DNA of 64,000 bases from Thermodesulfobacteriota bacterium (GCA_040755455.1 JBFMAY010000001.1:224001-288000), one strand, 5' to 3'; counted from the stretch's first letter, positions 38,200 through 48,623 are shown. Made by a program: numbers and translations. The notes: a model not told the origin generated them from the sequence alone.

Positions 38200-40953
38200 A
38201 TGACAAAGCGGAAAAAATCCACTCCCTTTCTTACCCCTTTTCTTTTTCTCCTCTGCTTTGCCCTGTTCATCCCGCAGGCCCGGGCCCAGGATGTGGAAAA
38301 CTACACCTATAGGCTGAGCCAGTCCACGGCGGATTATGCCCTGTGGACAACTCCGCCCTCCGAGCGGGTCTTTAAGGACGCCGTGGTGCCGGGTGACAGC
38401 GGCGCAAGGGTGCTGGTCTATGCGGCCGCCAATGAATTCGAGCCTTTTCAGCTGGTGGTGCGGCCCGCGGCCTCCGGCAGCGTCACGGTTGATATCGGTG
38501 ATTTCGGGGCCGGGATAGAGACCGAGATCCACCAGGTGAAATACGTGTACATCAGTCAGGTTTCCGACAACCTGGGCCGGACCGGCGATTACCCCGATCC
38601 GCTGTGGCCCCTGGAAAAAGGCGCATCGGTGAATGTCACCGCCGGCGAGAACACGGCTTTGTGGTTCAGCGTCCGGGTGCCGGAGGGCGTCCCGGCGGGT
38701 GATTACACCACCAATGCGGTTATCGGCGGGGTGGCGGTTCCGGTCACCCTGCATGTTTTCAATTTTGCCGTGCCGGCCGAGCTGCACGTCAAGTCGCAGA
38801 TGAATGTCAGCCACAGCGCAATTCTGGACAAATACGGGGTGGTTGGCACGGGCAGCGAGTACTGGCGGTATGTCGAGGCCATCAAGCAGTATTTCATCGA
38901 TCACCGGCTGACGCCGAAAGGCGTGCTGTGGTCGGGCGGCCTGACCACCAGCGGCGCGGCCCCCTATATCGCTTACGATTGCGCGGGCGGCCTGTCCGAC
39001 CCATACGGCGTCTGGGGTTTTGAGGAGCCGGCCGCCAGGTATCTGCAGGGAAGCGGCCTCATGTCCGGGCTGTTTGCCAGTCGTTTCAACGGCGGCACGG
39101 GCTTTCCCTCCTTCATGTCCGCCACCTTTCAGAACAACGATTCCTCAGCCGACCAGCGGCCGGCAACCTTCTGCGGCGTCACCCGGACCAGCGGCGACTG
39201 GTATGTCTACGATAATCCCGCTTCCAGCTATAATCAGCAGTGGTTTGCCTACATCAAGGCGCTGCAGAACTATCTGGACGGGCTGGGCTATCTGGACCGG
39301 GCCTACTATTACTTTGCCAATGAACCCCAGGATCAGGCCGACTACGACGCGGTGGCCTGGTATTCCCGCTATCTCAACAGCGCGGCACCCGGCCTCAAGC
39401 TGATGGTGTCCGAGGAGCCCAAGCCCGAGATCTTCGGGCATGATGATTATGTCAGCGACGGCCAGATCGATATCTGGCTGCCGGTGCTGAACCTGTATGA
39501 CCCGGTGGTTTCCCACGAGCGGCAGATAAACCACGGGGAAGAGACGTGGGTCTATTTTCTGAGCAGCACCCGGCCACCCTATTTCAACCCCATTACCCTT
39601 GACCATCCGGGCATCGAAAGTAAGTTCACCGGCTGGCTGCTCTGGAAATACCGCATGCAGGGTATCGCCTATTACGCGGTGAACAGCTGGAGCCAGAACC
39701 CGTGGACCGATCCCATGGCCTATGACCACAACGGCGAACTCTTCCTGCTCTATCCGCCTTCCGAAAGCAATACCCCCATTGCCTATGGGGCGAACAACCA
39801 CCGTTTTGTCCCCTCCATCCGTTTTGAGCTGATGCGGGACAGCCTGGAGGATTACGAATATCTCCGGGTGTTGAATAACCATGCCGGCCCGCAGGTTGAT
39901 GTGGCCAATCCGGCCGACATCCAGGCGGACAGGATCATCACCGGGCTGACCAGCTATACCCGGGACAGCGGCTTCATGTATAACCTGCGGCGGCTGATCG
40001 GGCTCAAAAACGGCGGCGAGATTGCCGAGATCCCTGATATCAGCCCGCCGGTCACCCATCCCCGCTCGCTGGGCCCGCCGGGGGACTACTACCTCAATTT
40101 CCAGGACCCCACGGCCGGCCCCACGGCCGATCCCCTGGTGGTGGATGGCCGGGAGTACATGAAAATCGGCTGGAATGATTACGACAGCGTCGCGGGTTAC
40201 GGCTGGTACGGCGATACGGCCCACGTCATGTACCAATATCTCGCCACCGCGCCCAACGAGCTGCAGAAGAGCATCATCTATGACGACTGGGGCAGGCTGC
40301 ACACCTTTGACTTTGACCTGCCCAACGGCACTTACAGGGTGACGGTGTCGGTGGGCTGGTATGGCCGAACCTACAGCCATCACAAAATTGATATCGAAGG
40401 GGTGAGCTTTGTTGATGACGAGGCCACCACGCCGGACGCGCCCTATCTGCTCCGCACCAGGGAAATCACGGTCGCTGACAATAAGCTGAGCATGGAAATG
40501 GGCATATTCGATCAGTACACCATGCTCAATTACCTCGACATCGAAGCGGTTGTCCCGGCCAGGTGGCTGCTGACGGTGAGCAGGGCAGGGGACGGCGAGG
40601 GCACGGTTACCGGCAGCCCGGCCGGCATTGACTGCGGCTCCCAATGCCTGGCGGAATATGACGAGGGCACCCTGGTGGAGCTTGCGGCCACGGCGGAAGA
40701 CGGCTCGGTTTTCATCGGCTGGTCCGGGGACTGCAGCGGCACAGACCCCTGCCGGGTGACCATGGATGCGCCGCGGTCGGTAACCGCAAGCTTCATCATT
40801 TATTCCGCCGACATGGCGGGCGACGGCGATGTTGACGGTCTTGACCTGGCGGCCTTTGCCGCGGATCTGGCCAACAACATCACCCTGCTGCAGGTCGAGC
40901 AGTTTGCCGGGTCATTCGGCAGTGTGGCCGCAACGGACAGCGGGGCGTTCTGA
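38200..40953 (+). CDS. Large secreted protein: GH123/DUF4091-like core, beta-sandwich, divergent InlB B-like repeat, EF-hand/dockerin-like tail
   Basis: Signal peptide; NEFEPFQ, SIRFELMRDSLEDYEY; G.V...PAGIDCG..C...F.GWSGDC; DMAGDGDVDGLDL. Confidence 0.65.
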   Translation: MTKRKKSTPFLTPFLFLLCFALFIPQARAQDVENYTYRLSQSTADYALWTTPPSERVFKDAVVPGDSGARVLVYAAANEFEPFQLVVRPAASGSVTVDIGDFGAGIETEIHQVKYVYISQVSDNLGRTGDYPDPLWPLEKGASVNVTAGENTALWFSVRVPEGVPAGDYTTNAVIGGVAVPVTLHVFNFAVPAELHVKSQMNVSHSAILDKYGVVGTGSEYWRYVEAIKQYFIDHRLTPKGVLWSGGLTTSGAAPYIAYDCAGGLSDPYGVWGFEEPAARYLQGSGLMSGLFASRFNGGTGFPSFMSATFQNNDSSADQRPATFCGVTRTSGDWYVYDNPASSYNQQWFAYIKALQNYLDGLGYLDRAYYYFANEPQDQADYDAVAWYSRYLNSAAPGLKLMVSEEPKPEIFGHDDYVSDGQIDIWLPVLNLYDPVVSHERQINHGEETWVYFLSSTRPPYFNPITLDHPGIESKFTGWLLWKYRMQGIAYYAVNSWSQNPWTDPMAYDHNGELFLLYPPSESNTPIAYGANNHRFVPSIRFELMRDSLEDYEYLRVLNNHAGPQVDVANPADIQADRIITGLTSYTRDSGFMYNLRRLIGLKNGGEIAEIPDISPPVTHPRSLGPPGDYYLNFQDPTAGPTADPLVVDGREYMKIGWNDYDSVAGYGWYGDTAHVMYQYLATAPNELQKSIIYDDWGRLHTFDFDLPNGTYRVTVSVGWYGRTYSHHKIDIEGVSFVDDEATTPDAPYLLRTREITVADNKLSMEMGIFDQYTMLNYLDIEAVVPARWLLTVSRAGDGEGTVTGSPAGIDCGSQCLAEYDEGTLVELAATAEDGSVFIGWSGDCSGTDPCRVTMDAPRSVTASFIIYSADMAGDGDVDGLDLAAFAADLANNITLLQVEQFAGSFGSVAATDSGAF

Positions 40954-41146
40954 AAGGAGATCCGCATGTTCCCCATGGCTGCCGCCGGCATTGCGCAACC
41001 AATGGAAATAAAAAAATAAAACGAAGATTGACAACCCGGCGGAACAGATGCTAAGCAAGCGGCTGCGCAGGGCCCCCTGTGGCGCGCCGGTGATCGGTTT
41101 GTCAATTTGGCCGCAACAATCAAAAATGAAGAGTGGAGGTGCTGTG

Positions 41147-42379
41147 GTGGGAATCAACATCGCATGGTACGGAAAAGCCTTGTCCCGCTGTATTTTGCCG
41201 GTAATCTGTCTGCTGATGATGGTCACGGCCGCGGCCGCCGCGGAGGTGAAACCCCTGAAGGTGCAGAAGGTCAGCGAGGAACTGGAGCTCCGCCGGCCGC
41301 TCACGCTCAGGGTGGCGAATCTGCCGGACTGGCTCAATCAGGAGGGCAATGATTTCTCAAAACTCATCCTCTACATTGACGGCATGGCCTTCAAGGGCCT
41401 TAAGCCGGCGTTGATCGATGGGGACAAGCTGATTTTTGATCTGCGCCGCACTGACGAAAACAAGGAGGCGTGGACCACCATACTCAGCCGGAAAAGGGGG
41501 GGATTCTTCTCCTGCGACAACGTGCCCGTTACCCTGGGATTTGTCAACGGGGTGCAGCTGCCGAGCGACGCCGACCTTAAATTCATCCGGATTAATGAAA
41601 AGGGGTTCCGCGTATTCGTCAGCCTCTCCCTGGTGACCATTGCGCTCTTTTTTTCCCTGGCCTGGCGAAGTGACATCATCCGCGCTTCAGGGGCGCAGCC
41701 GGAGGGGCTTGACGGCTACGGCAAGCCATACCGCAAGACATACAGCCTGGCCCGCACCCAGATGGCCTTCTGGTTTTTTACCATCATCATCGGCTACGTC
41801 TTCATCTGGATAGTGACCAGCGATTTCTCCAGCCTGACGCCCGGGGTGATCGGCCTGATGGGCATCAGCGCCATGACCGGGGTGGGCGCGGCGGTGGTGG
41901 ATTCCAGCAAGCGCAGCGAGCAGCAGAATCAGCGCCGGCAGTTCGATGAAAAGAAAAAGCGAGGCGAGGTTGAGGCGGAGAAACTCACCACCGAAATCCG
42001 TACCCTGGAGGCAGCCGTGGCAGCCGCCCCTGCCGGGGTGAAATCAGAGGAGCAGCAGGCGTTGCTGGCGGCCAAACAGGCGTTGCTGGCAGGCAACCAG
42101 AAGGAGATCGCCCAGGCCGTCAAGAAGATCAGTGAAATTGATAACGCCGCCAAACCGGAGGTTTCGCAAGGTTTCCTCAAGGACATCCTGAGCGATGACA
42201 ACGGCATCAGTTTTCACCGCTTCCAGATATCCATCTGGACCATCGTGCTGATCGTTATTTTCCTCGGCCGGGTATATGACAGCCTGGCCATGCCCACCTT
42301 TGACGGCACACTGCTGGCGCTGATGGGCATCAGCAACGGCACCTATATCGGCTTCAAACTGCCGGATCAGCAGGGTTGA
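41147..42379 (+). CDS. Hypothetical membrane protein
   Basis: GGAGG RBS then GTG; YSLARTQMAFW and FHRFQ..IWT TM repeats, each followed by LMGIS; central coiled coil. Confidence 0.7.
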   Translation: MGINIAWYGKALSRCILPVICLLMMVTAAAAAEVKPLKVQKVSEELELRRPLTLRVANLPDWLNQEGNDFSKLILYIDGMAFKGLKPALIDGDKLIFDLRRTDENKEAWTTILSRKRGGFFSCDNVPVTLGFVNGVQLPSDADLKFIRINEKGFRVFVSLSLVTIALFFSLAWRSDIIRASGAQPEGLDGYGKPYRKTYSLARTQMAFWFFTIIIGYVFIWIVTSDFSSLTPGVIGLMGISAMTGVGAAVVDSSKRSEQQNQRRQFDEKKKRGEVEAEKLTTEIRTLEAAVAAAPAGVKSEEQQALLAAKQALLAGNQKEIAQAVKKISEIDNAAKPEVSQGFLKDILSDDNGISFHRFQISIWTIVLIVIFLGRVYDSLAMPTFDGTLLALMGISNGTYIGFKLPDQQG

Positions 42380-42437
42380 GGATCATGACGGGGGCAGGCC
42401 TTGTTGTAACTGTCTGAAAAGACTTGATTCCGGCTTG

Positions 42438-43652
42438 TTACGAGTTCATCATGCCTTGCCGCTCCGGCGCGGAGGTCAGCGGCAGGGTGAAGGTGAAAAG
42501 GGTGCCGTCCTGGGCCGATGAGGTAAAATCAATCCTGCCTTTGAGAAAATGTTCGCCGAACAGCTTCATGGAAAAGGTCCCTACACCTCTTCCTTCCCCC
42601 TCTTTTGTGGTGAAATGTCTCTGGAAAATGCGGAGGCGGATATCCTCGGGGATGGCCTGGTGGTTCCAGACGCTGAAGACAATGGTTTTCTCCCCTGCCT
42701 CAATGCCGATTTTCACCTCGCCCGCCGGATCGGTTGCCTCCAGGGCGTTGGTCACCATGTTGGTCAGAACCCGCAGCAGCAGGGAAAAGTCGGTGGTGAT
42801 GGTGACATCGGGAATGGGGGGGGAGAAAATGAGCGATTTATCCAGCGCCGCCGGGTGGCTGGCGAAGAAATTCCGCAGTTCCTGCATCACATCGAGAACC
42901 GATATCCGGTGCAGAATCATCTGGTAGCATTCTTTTTTTGTCTGGGAAAGAGCCCGCTGGATGTCTATCTCTTTTTTCAGCCGCAGGAGCAGGCGCCGCA
43001 GGGTTTTAACACGTTCCTGGTCGGCATCATGCCGGTCGAGCATGTCGGCCGTGCCAAGTAAACCGCTCAGAATGTTGTTGATGTCATGGAAAAAGACCCT
43101 CTCCAGCGACGCCCAGGCCTGCTGGTTGGTGATATCCTGCATGAAGAGCAGGAGGAATCTCTGCCCCTCGAATCTGATGGGGTAGGAGCGGACCTGGAAG
43201 CAGATCTCGATTTCCTGGTCGTCTTTCAGCACCGTGGCGGCACATATCCGTTCCTGGGGGGTATCTTTCTTTAAACTGGCGACAATGGCGATTGCCGCCC
43301 CGCATGTCATGCAGGATTTGGTCGTGCCGCAGCCCCCCGGCTCCTCATGGGCATGGACGCAGCGCAGCATCTCTCCCGGCCGCAGTCCCAGCACCTCCCC
43401 GGCATCGGCATAGCCCAGCATCGTCAGCATGGTGTCGTTGACGGCCAGCACCTGCCGGTGCTCGTCGAGCACCGCAATGAGGCCGGAAAGGGATTTCATC
43501 AGACCATCGATGACGGGATTACGGCTGATAAGCCTGATCTCCTGCTGGAGTTCCTCATTGGTGCACCGTTCGGCCGGAGCAAAAAATGTCTTCATGGCAA
43601 ACCCTTGCTGTCTATCTGCTGTCAATGATGCTGTTGCCGCAGGCTTCTCCAT
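42438..43652 (-). CDS. Sensor histidine kinase with a Cys-rich PAS-like domain
   Basis: FFHDINN H-box, NMVTNALEA, FTTK, GRGVGT; CVHA...GCGTT..C..C. Confidence 0.85.
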   Translation of the reverse strand: MEKPAATASLTADRQQGFAMKTFFAPAERCTNEELQQEIRLISRNPVIDGLMKSLSGLIAVLDEHRQVLAVNDTMLTMLGYADAGEVLGLRPGEMLRCVHAHEEPGGCGTTKSCMTCGAAIAIVASLKKDTPQERICAATVLKDDQEIEICFQVRSYPIRFEGQRFLLLFMQDITNQQAWASLERVFFHDINNILSGLLGTADMLDRHDADQERVKTLRRLLLRLKKEIDIQRALSQTKKECYQMILHRISVLDVMQELRNFFASHPAALDKSLIFSPPIPDVTITTDFSLLLRVLTNMVTNALEATDPAGEVKIGIEAGEKTIVFSVWNHQAIPEDIRLRIFQRHFTTKEGEGRGVGTFSMKLFGEHFLKGRIDFTSSAQDGTLFTFTLPLTSAPERQGMMNS

Positions 43653-44055
43653 CTTTATTTAAGATAATAGGAAGGTCTGGTGATTTTCCGCAAGCCATAT
43701 TTTCAGGCGCTCCCGGTTACCAGGGTATTCCGCCGCGGCAAATTGTCGCTGTCCGGCCGGGGGATTGCCAGCAATGGCGAGTGATGCATGATTGGCCGAG
43801 GCGGGGAAATCCGCTCCTGCTCTGGTATTACCGGCAAAAATGCTCAGCCGGATGTTCATGTGCTCAACCGGCTATTCTAACCTGTTAAATTGCAGGGTTA
43901 TTTTTTGTTTTGCTATTAGCGAATCTATTTGTTAATGGGGAGTCTAAACAGTTAGGATGACAGACCTTTAGGCAAGAGGGAGACTGCTTTCCGCCTCCCT
44001 CTTCTTCACCCGCCACTGAAACGCCAGTCACTGGAGCGGGTATGAGGGGGTGTTC

Positions 44056-45003
44056 ATGCTGGTTGGCAGCTATCTTTTCCATTGCCGATTCACCTCTCCG
44101 GCGACATTGCCGGCCTTCAAAGGCTCCATGTTGCGGGGGGCGTTCGGCCACGCCCTGAAAAAGGTGGTCTGCGCCCTGCGCCGCAAAACCTGCGCCGGCT
44201 GCCTGCTCGCCGAGACCTGCGTCTATTCCTTTATCTTTGAACCCCACATCATCCCGGTGGACAGGGGAAATAACAGAGCCAGAACAGCCGTCCGGCCTCA
44301 TCCCTATGTGCTGCAGCCGCCGGTGGACAATCGCCGGGCGTTTGGTGAGGGCGATGCCTTCACCTTCAGCCTCACCCTCTTCGGCGCGGCCAATGACTTC
44401 CTGCCCCATATCATCTACGCTGTGGAACAGATGGGCGAAACCGGCCTGGGCCGGTCCGTGGATAACGGCCGTGGCTGCTTTACCCTTGCCGCTGTCGAGA
44501 CCGATGGCGCAACGCTCTATGACGGTGATAAAAAGATTCTCCACCAGGGCCTCCCCCTGCAGAGCTTGGAGCTGCAAGCCCCGCCTGCCGCCCCTGTCAA
44601 CTCCCTCACCGTCAAGCTCCTCACCCCGTTGCGGCTCAAACACGACAACCGCTTCCAGCAAAACCTGCCCTTTCATCTGCTCATCCGCGCCGCCCTGCGC
44701 CGGATCGCAAGCCTGGAGGAGACCTTTGGCCAGGGGGAACCGCCGCTCGATTACAGGGGCCTTGTTCAAAAAGCAGAGCAGGTTGTAACCCGTGAAAGCG
44801 ATTGCCAGTGGATCGACCTGAAGCGTTACAGCAACCGCCAGAAGACCGACATGCTCATCGGCGGCCTGCAGGGGACCCTGGTTTACGAGGGGGAGTTGGC
44901 GGAATTCCTGCCGCTGATCAGGTACTGCGAGGTGACCCATTTGGGGAAACAGACGGCGTTCGGGCTGGGGATTGTTGATGTGCAGGAGGTGTTAAAATCT
45001 TGA
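44056..45003 (+). CDS. cas6: CRISPR pre-crRNA processing endoribonuclease Cas6
   Basis: GSMLRGAFG, Cys cluster, LTPLRL, C-terminal G-loop HLGKQTAFGLG. Confidence 0.9.
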   Translation: MLVGSYLFHCRFTSPATLPAFKGSMLRGAFGHALKKVVCALRRKTCAGCLLAETCVYSFIFEPHIIPVDRGNNRARTAVRPHPYVLQPPVDNRRAFGEGDAFTFSLTLFGAANDFLPHIIYAVEQMGETGLGRSVDNGRGCFTLAAVETDGATLYDGDKKILHQGLPLQSLELQAPPAAPVNSLTVKLLTPLRLKHDNRFQQNLPFHLLIRAALRRIASLEETFGQGEPPLDYRGLVQKAEQVVTRESDCQWIDLKRYSNRQKTDMLIGGLQGTLVYEGELAEFLPLIRYCEVTHLGKQTAFGLGIVDVQEVLKS

Positions 45004-45032
45004 AAAATATTCTTCTTGCTGTTTGTGATCTC
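45000..45032 (+). pseudogene. 5' stub of a CARF (NE0113/TIGR02584-like) gene
   Basis: AGGAGG RBS, TTG start overlapping the cas6 stop; MKNILLAVCDL, after which similarity is lost. Confidence 0.45.
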
Positions 45033-45135
45033 TTTCCGATTGAGACGTGGGACTCATGCATCGATTCTTTGTTTAGAGATAATTTTATTACCTCCAAATT
45101 AAAGGGAAACTCTGCTTGCCGGGATGGATATTTTC

Positions 45136-45400
45136 CCCCGTTCACGGTAATCGGCAGGTGGTGGGACCGGGCCGAGGAAATCGATGTCGTCGCCGTGAAC
45201 CAGGAATTGGATTCGATCCTGTTCTGCGCGGTCAAGGCGGGGGAAAGCCGGTTGGCCTGGATATCCTGTAGAAGCTGCGCGAAAAGGCCGGCAGGGTCGA
45301 CTGGGGCAGCTCCGGTCGCAGGGAGTATTTCTGCCTGTTCAGCCGCCCGACTTTACCGATGCCCTGCTTGCCCGAGCGCAACAGGAATGTGTGGTCCTGT
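45136..45400 (+). pseudogene. Frameshifted C-terminal DUF234-like fragment of an AAA ATPase gene
   Basis: IGRWWD..EEIDVVAVN...ILF...K continuing in another frame as KPVGLDIL*KLREKA..V.W...REYFCLFS. Confidence 0.6.
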
Positions 45401-45516
45401 TCAAGGAGGACCGGAAGATGCCGGTGTGATTGCCACGTGCGGGGAAGATACGCTTGGCATGAACGCTCAAACTCAATAACGGATTGTTCCGTCAAAGGGA
45501 AAAGGATGGAGGGAAT

Positions 45517-45585
45517 ATGGCTGATGCTACCGTAATGAAAATCGCCCTGGCCGGGCTGCTGCATGATGTGGGGAAGTGTTTTTAA
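45517..45585 (+). pseudogene. 5' stub of a second cas10 (HD motif)
   Basis: GGAGG RBS followed by MADATVMKIALAGLLHDVGKCF*. Confidence 0.65.
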
Positions 45586-45667
45586 TGATGTTAACCGATG
45601 GGGACCGGCCTTTCAAGCTTCCTGGCCCATATTTAATAATGAAAGATGAGTAGTAGAAAGGGGTGTT

Positions 45668-48202
45668 ATGGACGAAAAAATACTGAAGACCATATCAATT
45701 GCGGGAATGTTTCATGACCTCGGCAAGTTTGCTGAACGGGCATACGCTGTTGAACCAGATGACCAAGATATGGTGCAGCAGGAATATCGTTACGCCCATG
45801 CCCATCACACCGAGCTCGCGCTGAAACAGCTTTTTGCTGAGGAAAGGTTAAATCAAACCTATGGAGGAGACCGCGAATGCACGATACTCAACATGGCTAC
45901 GCGGCACCACAAACCCCGCAAAGGCAATATCTACGAAACCATCATAGCCGAGGCGGACCGGATTTCCTCCGGGCATGAGCGGGCGAAGGGGGATAATGCG
46001 TCAAGCTATGATACCCAAGGCAGAGAGAAAAAAAGCAAAACCCCCCTCATCAGTATCATGTCCAGGATTCGCCTTAAAAAATATGCCGCTGATCCTGGGG
46101 AAGACTGGCGATTCCGAATCAGAGAGGAAGGTTGTCTATATGGTGCAGACGCGCAAGAACATATACCGCCGGTTCCTGCCGGTGAGTATGGCCCGGAGCA
46201 GGTGCAGAGCGACTACCGGCAGCACTGGGAGAGTTTTGTCAAGGCGATCCGGCCGGGCCAGGAATTTGGCTTGGACATTGTGGATCATTTTCCAACTCTG
46301 CTTGAAATCTGCCGTGCCTGGCAGTGGTGCCTGCCAGCATCAACAAGAAAAGAGGAAATGCCGGATGTGTCGTTGTATGACCATCAAAAAGCCACTGCGG
46401 CTCTGGCCGCCTGCATGTATTTCTACCATGCGGCTACGGACACGCTTTCGCTGGACAAAGTGGAAAATAGGCGTCCCCAGAAATACCTTCTCTTTTGCGG
46501 GGATTTGAGTGGTATTCAGAACTTCATTTATCAAATTTCGTCAAAGGGAGCATACAAAACCTTAAAAGGACGATCATTTTACATCCAGCTACTCGCAGAT
46601 CTTCTTGCCAGGGAGTTTGTCGATATTTTTGGTTTAACCCCGGCCAACATCCTCTATGCCAGCGGAGGTAAATTCTACCTCCTGCTGCCCAACCATGAGG
46701 ATGTCGTCAAAACCATGGAGGAACTGACTGGCGAAGTCAATAACTGGCTGTTTTCAGAATTCAATGGCGATATTTTTGTGAGAATGGGGCACATCCCGAT
46801 TTCGGGAGAAGATCTTACCCGGCAAAGCGGCCGCACACTTTATCAGATATGGGATGATTTGACTCGGCAGCTTGTCTACCAGGACAGGCAGCGCTACGCT
46901 GGCCTTGCAAGCAAGAATTACGACTTGCTGTTTGGGGTGAAGAGTGGTGATGCAGGAACATGCGAGGTGTGCCACAGGTCAGTTCCCAAAGATACGGGCC
47001 ATTGTGTTACCTGTAATCAGATGGAAGAAGCCGGACGAATGCTGGCAAATTCCCGCTACATACTCATCGCTGATACGGATACGGCTGGAGGTGGGCGAGC
47101 CGCCTTCCGCCTGCAACTCAAATTGCAGAACAGGGAAATCAACCGGCATATCTGGTTTCTGAAGGACCTGCCCTCTTCTGTAACCGGTTTCCGTGCTCAA
47201 CTTTGGTCCCTCAATGATCCGGATTTTCATTCCATTCCCCGGCAAATGGAAGCCTGTATCGTCAACGCAGCGCCATATTCCGCCGCATCCACCCGTGCCT
47301 TTGCTGACCGCACTTTCGATGAAATCGCCGATCTTTCCAAGGGGGTAAAACGGCTGGGCGTATTGCGCATGGATGTGGACAATCTTGGCAAGATTTTCAA
47401 CGAGGGGCTGATAAACTACCGGCACGGAACGGAGTGTTCCCAGCGATTTCATTCGCTGGGCAGGATTACTACTCTCAGCTGGCAGCTCAACCTTTTTTTC
47501 AGTGGCCTCCTGTCCGGCATAATCCGCAATAATCCAGACTGGGCGGAGCGGGTAACGGTTGTCTACGCCGGAGGAGATGACCTGTTTCTGCTTGGTGCCT
47601 GGGATGCTCTGCCCAAGATTGCTCTTACCATTTATAATCGATTTCGGCAGTTTACCTGTAATAACAGATCGTTCTCGCTTTCCGGCGGCATGGTCATGAC
47701 TGGCGGTAAGTTCCCCATTTACAAGAGCGCCGAGATGGCTGGGGAAGCAGAACACAGGGCAAAACACCATGAAACCCTGTTTAACGGACATGCTTCGGTG
47801 CGGAAATCTTGCTTCACCTTCCTCGACACGCCGATGCACTGGCGGGAGTTTGAGGAGGTCGCTGATAAGTTTGACAAGTTTTTGAACTTGCTTAAAGAAC
47901 CGACAAATGCGCCTCTGCTGCGACGGCTGCTCGATATTGCCGCATCCTGGCAGGAAAGCAGGGAGAGCCTGAGACGATCCGGGACCATGACCATGGCAGC
48001 AATCGAAAAACAACTGGAGGCTGAAAAATGGCGGTGGCAGATGGTCTATAGTTTGGCAAGATTTGTGGAGCGTAACAAAGGGATCAAGGATGAAATTGCT
48101 TCAATTCAGCAATTCATTCTCGGCAAGGTTGCAGAAACCGACAGAACCGGCATTGCATTGCTTGGCTTATTGGGCAGGTGGTGTGAGTTGCGGTTGAGAT
48201 AA
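45668..48202 (+). CDS. cas10: Type III-A Cas10/Csm1
   Basis: HD motif FHDLGK, DVSLYDH, GDLSGIQNFIY, LKGRSF, RMDVDNLG, YAGGDD. Confidence 0.95.
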   Translation: MDEKILKTISIAGMFHDLGKFAERAYAVEPDDQDMVQQEYRYAHAHHTELALKQLFAEERLNQTYGGDRECTILNMATRHHKPRKGNIYETIIAEADRISSGHERAKGDNASSYDTQGREKKSKTPLISIMSRIRLKKYAADPGEDWRFRIREEGCLYGADAQEHIPPVPAGEYGPEQVQSDYRQHWESFVKAIRPGQEFGLDIVDHFPTLLEICRAWQWCLPASTRKEEMPDVSLYDHQKATAALAACMYFYHAATDTLSLDKVENRRPQKYLLFCGDLSGIQNFIYQISSKGAYKTLKGRSFYIQLLADLLAREFVDIFGLTPANILYASGGKFYLLLPNHEDVVKTMEELTGEVNNWLFSEFNGDIFVRMGHIPISGEDLTRQSGRTLYQIWDDLTRQLVYQDRQRYAGLASKNYDLLFGVKSGDAGTCEVCHRSVPKDTGHCVTCNQMEEAGRMLANSRYILIADTDTAGGGRAAFRLQLKLQNREINRHIWFLKDLPSSVTGFRAQLWSLNDPDFHSIPRQMEACIVNAAPYSAASTRAFADRTFDEIADLSKGVKRLGVLRMDVDNLGKIFNEGLINYRHGTECSQRFHSLGRITTLSWQLNLFFSGLLSGIIRNNPDWAERVTVVYAGGDDLFLLGAWDALPKIALTIYNRFRQFTCNNRSFSLSGGMVMTGGKFPIYKSAEMAGEAEHRAKHHETLFNGHASVRKSCFTFLDTPMHWREFEEVADKFDKFLNLLKEPTNAPLLRRLLDIAASWQESRESLRRSGTMTMAAIEKQLEAEKWRWQMVYSLARFVERNKGIKDEIASIQQFILGKVAETDRTGIALLGLLGRWCELRLR

Positions 48203-48227
48203 TATAAGCACAAAAAGGAGGTCGTAA

Positions 48228-48611
48228 ATGGATAACGCACAAGTTGAGCAATGGGTAAAGAATGGCCCAACCCCTGAATTGCTAGAGAAAACGGAGAGCT
48301 TCGGGAACACTTTGCAGCAGCAAGGACTGACAACTTCTCAAATTCGACAAGTTTTTTCCAAACTGAAGAACATTGAAGCAAAGGGTTTTGCGCAGCAGCG
48401 TACCGAATTCATGATGCTCAAGCCTTATATTGCTTATGCCGCCGGACGACAGCAAAAAGTTGTCGGCTTGCAATCCTTCAAGGATCGAATTTCAAAAGCC
48501 ATCGACACTGTCTTCGCTGACGGCAAGGAAACGGAATCCGTCCGGTTCAACAACTTCTGTAAGCTTTTTGAAGCAATTCTCGCCTATCACCGCGCCCATG
48601 GCGGAAAATAA
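48228..48611 (+). CDS. csm2: Csm2 small subunit
   Basis: TTSQIR..F, LKP..AYAAGR, FEAILAYHR..GG. Confidence 0.95.
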   Translation: MDNAQVEQWVKNGPTPELLEKTESFGNTLQQQGLTTSQIRQVFSKLKNIEAKGFAQQRTEFMMLKPYIAYAAGRQQKVVGLQSFKDRISKAIDTVFADGKETESVRFNNFCKLFEAILAYHRAHGGK

Positions 48612-48623
48612 GGAGCATTTATC

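Noticed and set aside
43928..43970. Fluoride-riboswitch-like words upstream of cas6
   Set aside because: Only fragments (AATG, GATGAC) match; the conserved stem and spacing are missing.
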